DNA of 64,000 bases from Phycisphaerae bacterium (GTDB lineage Bacteria; Planctomycetota; Phycisphaerae; UBA1845; Fen-1342), in contig JASFQK010000029.1 of assembly GCA_050115495.1 (NCBI GenBank), forward strand, positions 1 through 64,000, in the 5' to 3' direction. Both the position numbers and the translations under genes were made by a program. Under the pieces are notes generated by a model. It was not told the DNA's origin and did not search any database. It saw only the letters and a list, made by a program, of their open reading frames with translations. This document shows, one piece after another, positions 1 through 7,356 of the stretch (position 1 is the first letter of the stretch; each line of letters begins with the position of its first letter).

Positions 1-329
1 TCGCGTCGTTACTCTCGTGCATCGGCGTACTCCTCTGCCCAGCGTGGGCGGCTCGGAACCAATCTTGATCCCGAGAGTACGCCGCCTTTTTTCATCCCGC
101 CATCAACGAAATTCGGTTATAGCTCATCAAAGAGATACTGACGACCGAAGTCTTGAAGCGCGACATTGTCGAAGGCGAGAACTTGAAAGACGCCAAGCGC
201 AAGGTCCGACGCGCAGGCAGACGCGCCGAAAGGAAGCCACCCACAATCGCGCCCGCCCAGGCGCCGAGGACGATTGCGCCTCCAGCGCCCCTGACGCCGC
301 CCGATTCAACAGACAGCATCCCCAACTAA
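1..329 (+). pseudogene. Degraded 3' fragment, possibly of an HsdR-N-terminal-domain (restriction-related) protein
   Basis: The frame ending at TAA 329 reads LIKEILTTEVLKRDIVEGENLKDAKRKVRR, which resembles the C-terminus I recall for this family. There is an upstream in-frame TAG and an apparent frameshift. Cut by the window edge. Confidence 0.3.
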
Positions 330-433
330 GAAGGGAAATTGCTTCCTGATATAATCGTTGCACTTGTTTCGGACGTATAAGCAACCTGCCGAGACAACCG
401 AGTACTCGCAACGACATCTGAAACAGAGCATTG

Positions 434-478
434 GGAGAGGTGTCCGAGTGGCCTAAGGAGCCGGTCTTGAAAACCGGT
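434..478 (+). repeat. att junction: 5' half of tRNA-Ser(TGA), from acceptor strand to anticodon arm
   Basis: GGAGAGGTGTCCGAGTGGCCTAAGGAGCCGGTCTTGAAAACCGGT. The 19 bp GCCGGTCTTGAAAACCGGT (460-478) is identical to 8866-8884. No T-arm or 3' acceptor strand follows. Confidence 0.9.
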
Positions 479-669
479 CGGCAACGGACATAACGACCGC
501 AACACCCGACACTTACAGCGAAGCCGACGATTCTCTTGGCGCTCTGCTTGCGCGTTTTGAACGTGCGCAGCCGGACTTAGCTCACGTTGTCCGCGCTTGG
601 GGCACGTTGCCCGAACCGGTGCGCGCCGGAATCGTTGCGATGGTGCTGAGCACGGAAAGGCAGGTGTGA
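478..669 (+). other. Detached C-terminal 63 codons of the integrase (in frame with it across the att core)
   Basis: The frame through the core reads GLENR-SATDITTATPDTYSEADDSLGALLARFERAQPDLAHVVRAWGTLPEPVRAGIVAMVLSTERQV*. The integrase at 8886 ends in GLENR*. Confidence 0.75.
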
Positions 670-671
670 GC

Positions 672-1019
672 ATGCCCACACTCTCGTTCAACAGGCCCAC
701 CGTGTCACGAACGATCCGATTCGATGGAGGCGTTTACACGCCGCCGCGACAACGGGGCCGGAGCATCCGGCAGACGGTTCGGGAGTGGGCGGCGGTGGGG
801 TCGGACCCGTCCTTTGAGGGTACCGCCGCGCTCGCCGTCCAGGGGGCCCCGGCTTGGTTGAGTGTGCCTGTGGCGGTTCAAGACAGCGTAGCTTTCTCCA
901 TCGACTTCGACGCCAGCGCGCTTGCCCCGGGCACGTACTCCGCGGTCGTCAAGGCCACGAAGGACGGCTTCGACTCGGCCGCGCTCGCCGTCGTGTTGGT
1001 CGTCCTGCCGATGCACTGA
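672..1019 (+). CDS. Hypothetical protein with an Ig/BACON-like beta-rich C-terminus
   Basis: ATG at 672 within ORF 597..1019. The motif PAWLSV...DASALAPGTYSAVV is typical of BACON-like domains. Confidence 0.55.
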   Translation: MPTLSFNRPTVSRTIRFDGGVYTPPRQRGRSIRQTVREWAAVGSDPSFEGTAALAVQGAPAWLSVPVAVQDSVAFSIDFDASALAPGTYSAVVKATKDGFDSAALAVVLVVLPMH

Positions 1020-1034
1020 CGCGAGGGAGGTATC

Positions 1035-1394
1035 GTGGCCAAGCGACCGTTTCCAAACGGACAAACGGCCGGTCGGGATCGGGCAGGCCGATTCGCGCCC
1101 GGCAATCGTGCCGCGCTGGGGCATGGCGGCGGGCTCGCCGGACAGGTTCAGAAGCTCCGGGCCGAGCTTGTCAAAGCCGTGCAGCCGGCGGACATCCGGG
1201 CGATTGCCAAGCGGCTCCTGCGGGACGCCCGGGCTGGCGACGCCAGCGCAATCAAAACGTTGCTCGCCTACGTCTTGGGGCCGCCGGTCCCATCGGACAT
1301 CCTTGAGCGGCTTGAACGCCTCGAAAGTCTAGCAACGGCTCTTCGGGAAGGTGCAGCATGTGGCGAGGTCGGGCGTCTCGACTCGAACGGTTGA
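1035..1394 (+). CDS. DUF5681-like / terminase-small-subunit-like protein
   Basis: GRDRAGRFAPGN motif followed by a helical A..GD..A..LL.Y..G.P segment. GGGAG RBS upstream. Confidence 0.55.
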   Translation: MAKRPFPNGQTAGRDRAGRFAPGNRAALGHGGGLAGQVQKLRAELVKAVQPADIRAIAKRLLRDARAGDASAIKTLLAYVLGPPVPSDILERLERLESLATALREGAACGEVGRLDSNG

Positions 1395-1657
1395 TCGGCG
1401 CGGCCGCTCGTCGGCGGCAGCGGGCAGCGGACCTGCGGCGCGATGCAGCCGCGCAGGTCGCGGCAATGGCCAAGGCCACCGTCGGCGCCGGCGGCCCGTT
1501 CGAGACGTGCTCGGCTGAGGAATGGACAGATGCATTCTCCGGCTCGGCCGGCCCACGGTCGGTCGCCGACGGCATGGAACGACTTGAGGTACTCGTGAAA
1601 GGCAAGTGCAGGACGACGCCGCGTTCGCGGCGCAGCAAGAAAGGACGTGTGCTATGA
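1358..1657 (+). CDS. Hypothetical protein
   Basis: Overlaps its neighbours in an operon-like run. Confidence 0.4.
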   Translation: MWRGRASRLERLIGAAARRRQRAADLRRDAAAQVAAMAKATVGAGGPFETCSAEEWTDAFSGSAGPRSVADGMERLEVLVKGKCRTTPRSRRSKKGRVL

Positions 1658-1959
1658 GTTCTGGTGAGTTCATGTTGGTCGGTGTGGACGAGCGCGGCGC
1701 GCCCATCTTCTCGGAGGTCGGCGGCGACACAGATCGGCTCGTGCGCGTGGGCGACGTCGTTTCGCTGTCACGTCGAAGACGCGAAACCAACCTCGCCACC
1801 ACGCAGAGCGCGGCAAGGATCGAGCTACAACGTCTCGGCGACCGCCTCTTTGGCGGCGACGAAGACGAGTCGGTGCCGGCCACGGTGCGAGACGCCAAGC
1901 GACGGGCGAAAACGTACGCGGCGCAGCAAGACGCCGCGCGGAGGGCACGCAATGGCTAG
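1654..1959 (+). CDS. Hypothetical protein
   Basis: ATGA overlap with the upstream ORF. Confidence 0.5.
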   Translation: MSSGEFMLVGVDERGAPIFSEVGGDTDRLVRVGDVVSLSRRRRETNLATTQSAARIELQRLGDRLFGGDEDESVPATVRDAKRRAKTYAAQQDAARRARNG

Positions 1960-2647
1960 TGCATCCTCGAAGACCAGTGTAGCCTCGAAGACCAGTGGTG
2001 ACACGTCGCGCCTTGCCGCGCTCGAAAGGCGCCTTGCGGAGGCGGAGCGCAAGCTGGCGCTCGTGTGGGGAAGTTCGCTCGGCATCCAGCTCAGGATGAT
2101 GGAAGCGTCCGAGCGGACGCGGCTACAGGAAGCGGCTGCTGAGCGTGCGGCGGCGCAGCGGCGGGTAGACGCCGCGGACGCCCGGGCCGAAGTGTTCGCG
2201 CGGTTCGTCGGCGAACGCGTGGCCATTCACCACAGCCTGCACGTTTCCGCCGAACGCCTGCGGCGCGATTTCTCGTTGTGGTGCGAGCAGAATCGGGTTG
2301 GCCAGCTACACCGAATCCTCACCGACGACGAACTTGAGGAGTGTGTCACACGCGCGCTGCCGGCGGCGGAACCGGCCTCAGTGCATCCGGAGGGCTATCT
2401 CGGCCGGCCCATTCCGCTCGTTCCCGGATTCGCGGGTGTCGGATGCTGCCCGCCGGGCCGGACGCCGGCCGAGGTTGCCAGCCGCTTGGACCGACGCGCC
2501 GCCGCCGACGAGACGGAACGCCGGCTGCGTCGCGAGGAACTTGAGGCCGAGGCGGAAGTGCAACGCAGCATCATCGCCGCGAAGACCGCGCGCGACAGGG
2601 CGGCGGAACTTGCGGTGCAAGCCGCTGAAGGACGCGTGCGACGATGA
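1952..2647 (+). CDS. Hypothetical coiled-coil protein
   Basis: ATG 1952 within ORF 1664..2647, coupled to both neighbours. Confidence 0.55.
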   Translation: MASASSKTSVASKTSGDTSRLAALERRLAEAERKLALVWGSSLGIQLRMMEASERTRLQEAAAERAAAQRRVDAADARAEVFARFVGERVAIHHSLHVSAERLRRDFSLWCEQNRVGQLHRILTDDELEECVTRALPAAEPASVHPEGYLGRPIPLVPGFAGVGCCPPGRTPAEVASRLDRRAAADETERRLRREELEAEAEVQRSIIAAKTARDRAAELAVQAAEGRVRR

Positions 2648-3246
2648 TCGAAGGGCTTCCACGGCTCTGTAGCAACGGGCTCCCGCGGCTATGCAAGAAC
2701 GGGCTGCCGAAGCTGTGCGCTGGATGCGCTTTGTGCACAGAGCCGACGCCTGCCTCGTACGCTGTCGTGATGAGCGGTCTTACGATGTGCGGGTGCCTGC
2801 CAAAGTCGCCATCGTCGTATCAGGCAGACGTAATATCCGGTGCCATCAACGGTTCATGGCTGCTCGCGAGAGCGTCTATACCTCCGAACATCCACGAGTT
2901 TGGCGTTGCTGGTTGCCGCTGGTCTCTTGAAACCGACACGATTATCAGGAGACGGCGATGGACCGGAACGTCATGCAGCGGCACGTTGACCGATACACGG
3001 ACAGGGGCAATGCGAATATGCTTCGGGTTCGGTGACGTCGGCGGTGGAGTAATCGGGGTTGTCTTCCACGCGTACGTTCAGGACCCTGTTGATCCTGACG
3101 AGCGATGGGACCTGTTCTACAACCGCGACAGCATCTCAGGCCCGTGTCAAGCGGAGTATGGGCCCTATAGCAATCAACTCGGATCATGTTCGTATGACAC
3201 CAGAACGTACGCGCAAAATGGCAGTGTGACACTTGAGGCAGCGTAA
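2644..3246 (+). CDS. Cys-rich hypothetical protein with N-terminal GLP(R/K)LC repeats
   Basis: 200 aa ORF with an ATGA overlap. Confidence 0.6.
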   Translation: MIEGLPRLCSNGLPRLCKNGLPKLCAGCALCTEPTPASYAVVMSGLTMCGCLPKSPSSYQADVISGAINGSWLLARASIPPNIHEFGVAGCRWSLETDTIIRRRRWTGTSCSGTLTDTRTGAMRICFGFGDVGGGVIGVVFHAYVQDPVDPDERWDLFYNRDSISGPCQAEYGPYSNQLGSCSYDTRTYAQNGSVTLEAA

Positions 3247-3557
3247 TGGCCAAGTCATTCGCAACGTCTGGACATTGCATGTCTCGGGCGCATTGCCGGA
3301 TGTGCCGGACGCAACCCGAGCTTCTACGGGGCTTCGACGTGCCCGAGGCTTGCCCATTCGACGTGACGGTTGACGATCTCCCGGCGAAACCCGGCGTTGG
3401 CATCTGCCCGAAAACCGGCGCCCAGTGCGACGAGTGGTCCGGCTCGCTGTGCGAGGCGAAGTTCCCGGCAGGCTGCTGCCTGAGCACCGCCGCCAGGTGG
3501 CTGGCCGATCCTCAAGCCGAGTGTCCCCTCGACAACGCGGTAACAACGGGCCGCTGA
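3246..3557 (+). CDS. Small Cys-rich hypothetical protein
   Basis: 103 aa with a TAATG overlap and many Cys (CxxC, CC). Confidence 0.6.
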   Translation: MAKSFATSGHCMSRAHCRMCRTQPELLRGFDVPEACPFDVTVDDLPAKPGVGICPKTGAQCDEWSGSLCEAKFPAGCCLSTAARWLADPQAECPLDNAVTTGR

Positions 3558-4056
3558 ATGTTCTCTGTTGCTTGGGCGTTCGGTTCGCAGTCCGACCGAC
3601 GCCCGCCCCGCCCCGCCTGAGCAACGGGGCGGGGTCCTCTTTCGCCGCGGCCGGCGTGTTCCTATGTCTGCTGGTCTGGATTCCGGGCGTTCCGCTCCCC
3701 ATCATCATCCCGTGGCACTGCTCCCCGAACCCCGGTCCAGCAAGTCCAACGTGACGTCCCGGTGCTCCCCGGGGCGGGGTCTTTTTTTGGTTTGCGCCAA
3801 GTGACGCGCTCAGAACAGGCCCCCGCTTTCGCCAACTGCTGCATCGTCCGCAACTTACGCGAACGGCCCACCGGTTTCGATGACCGGTCGTCGCACCGGA
3901 TTGATCGAATTGCTGAACTGCCCTTGATACTTGCCGGCCGCGTGCAAGCATAGTCCGTAGCGGGACGGTGGCTGATCCCCACCGATCCGGGGGTGCATTG
4001 CGGTGACACCTGCCCGCGTGCGCCCCCGGATACTACCCCCCGCGAGCAGGTGAACC

Positions 4057-4506
4057 ATGCCGACTCCCGCCCCGAACGCTGGTCCCTGGCCCGACGACGC
4101 TCTGCCCTGTGCACGACCTGAAGCGATTGAGCGCCTCAGGACCGGCGAATGGCTCGTTTCTGTCGACGGACGGCACTTCGGCCGCTGGTCGGAACTGACG
4201 GCCGACGAGCAGCGATGGATTCTCTGCTGCCGGCCATTCCGATGGTTCGCACGACCGGTCGCCGCTTCAGATGGTGAGGGCGGCAGGCCGGCGGCCCCCG
4301 TGGGCGTTTCCTGCGACATCGACACGGCGGCTCTCACCGCCATGCGCCACGTTGTGCTGGCCAACCCGTCCGCGAAACCCGACGCGCTGATAAAGGCGGC
4401 GGGCATGCGGCGGACGAAGGGGCGGGCGGTGCTCCGCGCGCTTGAGAGATTGGGCGAGTACGCGGGTTTTGCGCGTTCCAGGCCAGAACGCTACCGGAAG
4501 CCGTAG
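4057..4506 (+). CDS. Hypothetical protein, possible C-terminal HTH
   Basis: 149 aa with a GCAGGTG RBS-like sequence upstream. Confidence 0.5.
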   Translation: MPTPAPNAGPWPDDALPCARPEAIERLRTGEWLVSVDGRHFGRWSELTADEQRWILCCRPFRWFARPVAASDGEGGRPAAPVGVSCDIDTAALTAMRHVVLANPSAKPDALIKAAGMRRTKGRAVLRALERLGEYAGFARSRPERYRKP

Positions 4507-4572
4507 CGTTCCCAGCGTTCCGGGAACCATGGAACGTTCGCACTTTGCCCGAAGCGCGGCATATCTTTGGGC

Positions 4573-4824
4573 ATGACAACTGCAACGACGCCTATCAGCG
4601 TGCAGCCGCTCGCGGTTTCGGCAAAAGACGCCGCGATGCTGCTGGGGATCAGCAAGGCCCAGGTCTGGAAGCTGCACGCCCAGGGCAAACTCCCCCTGCC
4701 CATCCGGCTCGGCACAAAGGCCCCGCGGTGGCTCGTCGCCGAGCTCCGCGCGTGGTCCGAGGCCGGCTGTCCGGATCGGCAGGTTTGGGAGCGCGCCAAA
4801 ACAGCCACGCGGCGAGGGTGCTGA
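4573..4824 (+). CDS. AlpA/excisionase-like HTH protein
   Basis: LAVSAKDAAMLLGISKAQVWKLHAQGKLPLPIRLG...RW. Confidence 0.8.
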   Translation: MTTATTPISVQPLAVSAKDAAMLLGISKAQVWKLHAQGKLPLPIRLGTKAPRWLVAELRAWSEAGCPDRQVWERAKTATRRGC

Positions 4825-5648
4825 GGGTGACGTTCGCGCAGCTACCGCACGAGATCATGCGGCGGCCCGGACTCTCGGCCGGCGCCAAACTCGTTTGGGC
4901 GGCGGTGGGCGACCGGCAGGGTCGCAATGCCGATGCCTGGCCGAGCTTGTCCAGGCTGGCGAATGACACCGCGCTATGCCGGACGGCGGTCATTCGGGCG
5001 GTTCGGGAGCTTGAAGAGGCGAAGATGATCGTGGTGGAGCGGTCGGGCAACGGGAAGGTGAACCGGTATCGAATCGCTACCGGTCTGGAGTCGCTACCAG
5101 CAGCGAACCGCGACGGGGGTAGTCGCGAATCGCTACCGCGCGCTAGTAGCGATTCGCTACCCGAACCAACCCATAAGAACCAACCCATGAACCAACCCAA
5201 GGTGCCCGCGCCGCAAGCGGCGGGGATGCTCCCGGGGCTTCCGCCGGAGACCGACGAGCCGAAGAGGCGGAGCAAGGCCACCGGGGAGCGGGACACGCTG
5301 ACCGCGGCGGCGGTGGCAGTCTGGTGCGAGGTGTACCGCGAGGCCGCCGGCGGGCCGGCCGACCAGCCGGATGGGCGGGCCGTGGGCATGCTTCGACGGC
5401 TCGTGCACAAGACAACCGGCAACGACCTTGACGGGCTGCGGCGGCGGTTGCGTCTGGCAGCGGGCCTGGACGGCCGGGCCGCGCCGTTTCCGTTTGACCG
5501 ACCGGGCGGGCTGACCGTGGCGAACGTCGTGAAACATTGGGCCGCGCTGGGCGACGCGATCAGGAGGCCGGCGGTTGGCAGCAACACCCGGCCGCGCGCG
5601 ACCCCCAAGCTTGAGGAGGACATCCATGTCCCGATCGTCAACGGGTGA
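4818..5648 (+). CDS. Phage-type replication initiator with an N-terminal winged HTH
   Basis: LSAGAKLVW...AWPSLSRLANDTALCRTAVIRAVRELEE...NRYRI. It has internal DNA repeats and precedes a DnaC-like gene. Start uncertain. Confidence 0.75.
   Translation: MLRVTFAQLPHEIMRRPGLSAGAKLVWAAVGDRQGRNADAWPSLSRLANDTALCRTAVIRAVRELEEAKMIVVERSGNGKVNRYRIATGLESLPAANRDGGSRESLPRASSDSLPEPTHKNQPMNQPKVPAPQAAGMLPGLPPETDEPKRRSKATGERDTLTAAAVAVWCEVYREAAGGPADQPDGRAVGMLRRLVHKTTGNDLDGLRRRLRLAAGLDGRAAPFPFDRPGGLTVANVVKHWAALGDAIRRPAVGSNTRPRATPKLEEDIHVPIVNG
5074..5199 (+). repeat. Putative iteron/origin region inside the initiator gene
   Basis: TCGCTACC at 5074, 5091, 5130 and 5154, then three copies of GAACCAACCCA. Confidence 0.65.
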
Positions 5649-6405
5649 CAGCGCCCAACCCATCGGCGAGAACCTCGCCCCGTGGCTTCGGGACTTGCGA
5701 CCAGATGCGGCGAAGTGCGTCCGCTGTGGCGGCTCGTGGGCCAGCGAACTCGACAACGGCGTCTGCCCGGACTGCGCCGACGCGGACAAGCGGGCTGTCG
5801 CCTTCCGTGCCCGCTGGCGTGCCGTGTGCGGGGTGGCGAGGCGACACTCGAAGTACTTGACGTGGCAAGACCTGGACGGCCCCGACGAGTACGTGAAGGC
5901 GGTCGGGATCGTCCGCGCGTTCGTCGAGACCGGCGATTCCGTGTTGGCGATCATCGGCCGGCGCGGCTCCGGCAAGACGCAAGTGGCATCGACGGCGACC
6001 TGGCAGACAATCGAGGCCGGGCGGTCCGGGCGTATCGTGACGGCAAGCGAACTCGCCAGCGACCTGAAACGTCGGTTCGGCGCCGACAGTGACGCGGACG
6101 GCTCTTGGCTACGTGCATGGACGGTGCCGCATCTGCTCTGCGTTGACGAAATCGCCGAGCTGGTCGCCGGTGACGTCGTGCGTGCTGCGGTGACATCGCT
6201 TTTGGACAGCCGCTATCGCATGTGCAAACCAACGCTGCTCGCCGGCAACTTGGAGCCGGGGCATTTCATCTCGGTTGTCGGGGCGAGCGTCGCGGACCGT
6301 TGCCGCGAGGGGGGCGGGATCGTGCTGTGCAACTGGCCGTCGTTCCGGGGCGGGAACGGAGGCGCTGAGCGCCAAGCGGTGCGCCAAGCACAGGCGCCGG
6401 AGTGA
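5626..6405 (+). CDS. DnaC/IstB-like AAA+ ATPase (helicase loader)
   Basis: Walker A GRRGSGKT, Walker B LLCVDEI, LLDSRY...PTLLAGN, N-terminal CxxC...CxxC. Confidence 0.85.
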   Translation: MSRSSTGDSAQPIGENLAPWLRDLRPDAAKCVRCGGSWASELDNGVCPDCADADKRAVAFRARWRAVCGVARRHSKYLTWQDLDGPDEYVKAVGIVRAFVETGDSVLAIIGRRGSGKTQVASTATWQTIEAGRSGRIVTASELASDLKRRFGADSDADGSWLRAWTVPHLLCVDEIAELVAGDVVRAAVTSLLDSRYRMCKPTLLAGNLEPGHFISVVGASVADRCREGGGIVLCNWPSFRGGNGGAERQAVRQAQAPE

Positions 6406-6507
6406 ACGAAGTGACGCTGGCAACGCGAGTTACATTCGGCCTGCACCGGTTTGTACAACCGGTCGCGCCTTGGCAGCTCGCCGTAGTGAGAATTCTGGAG
6501 TTGCTTG

Positions 6508-6535
6508 TTGACAACCGCTCGGGACGAGGTACACT
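6508..6535 (+). promoter_or_regulatory. Sigma70-type promoter for a probably leaderless XRE gene
   Basis: TTGACA-16 nt-TACACT, with the ATG 7 nt downstream. Confidence 0.6.
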
Positions 6536-6542
6536 GCTCCGC

Positions 6543-6749
6543 ATGGACAACATCAGTGTGGCTCTGAAAATGGCGATTCTACGGGACGGCCGCACACAGC
6601 CCGCGATTGCGGACGCGGCGGGCATCGACAAGGGCCAGTTGTCGCGCTTCATGCGTGACCAACGCACGTTGACGCTCAGCACCGCAGACGCACTCTGCCG
6701 CGGGCTGGGCGTCAAGTGCCGACTAACAAAGCCGCGGAAGGCGAGGTAG
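6543..6749 (+). CDS. XRE-family HTH regulator
   Basis: TQPAIADAAGIDKGQLSRFMRDQRTLTLSTADALC. Confidence 0.8.
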   Translation: MDNISVALKMAILRDGRTQPAIADAAGIDKGQLSRFMRDQRTLTLSTADALCRGLGVKCRLTKPRKAR

Positions 6750-6752
6750 GTC

Positions 6753-7352
6753 GTGCCGGAACGGTCCCCACGAAACGCAAGTGTTCACGAAGCCGGGCAT
6801 ACCGTCGCGTACTGGTTGCTCGGGCACGGCCAGTACATCCGCGAAATCGACGTGCGGGGCGATGTGAACTGCGTGGGTGCCACCCACTACGAAGGCCCTG
6901 ATCTTGCAGCTTGGACGCGAGATTTGGGACCGCGCGTTGCCGCAACGTGGTACGCCACCGTCGGGCTCGCGGGCCGATGTGCAACAGGCGTTGAACAGGG
7001 CCAAGAGCACGACTGGTTCCAGCAACTCCGCGACGAATACAACAGGTCGCCCAAACACAACGCCGCGCACGACGTCACGCTCGTCGTTGATGGCATCCGC
7101 AAAACCCTGGGGAAACACGCTTCGCCCTGGCAATTCATCGGCGTGCGGGCGCGATGGATCGCTGAACTTCTCGGTGAACCGCGCGTCTGGAGAGCGGTCA
7201 ATGCCTTGGCAGACCGACTGTCGCGGGAACAACGGTTGAGCGGTCGTGATGCGTGCGAAGTGATAGTCGGGGCGTGGGGCCAGCCGGACGGTTGGCCGAT
7301 TCTCCAGTTGGGCCTCAAGTGGGGCGAGCGGTTCGCACCCAAAGGACGGTGA
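6753..7352 (+). CDS. HExxH metallopeptidase-like protein (M41/FtsH-like motif)
   Basis: N-terminal VHEAGH, LAG motif, and W.AV.ALA..L near the C-terminus. Confidence 0.55.
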   Translation: MPERSPRNASVHEAGHTVAYWLLGHGQYIREIDVRGDVNCVGATHYEGPDLAAWTRDLGPRVAATWYATVGLAGRCATGVEQGQEHDWFQQLRDEYNRSPKHNAAHDVTLVVDGIRKTLGKHASPWQFIGVRARWIAELLGEPRVWRAVNALADRLSREQRLSGRDACEVIVGAWGQPDGWPILQLGLKWGERFAPKGR

Positions 7353-7356
7353 AGCA

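Noticed and set aside
434..478. A second complete tRNA-Ser
   Set aside because: It has no variable arm, T-arm or 3' acceptor strand, so it is an att fragment.
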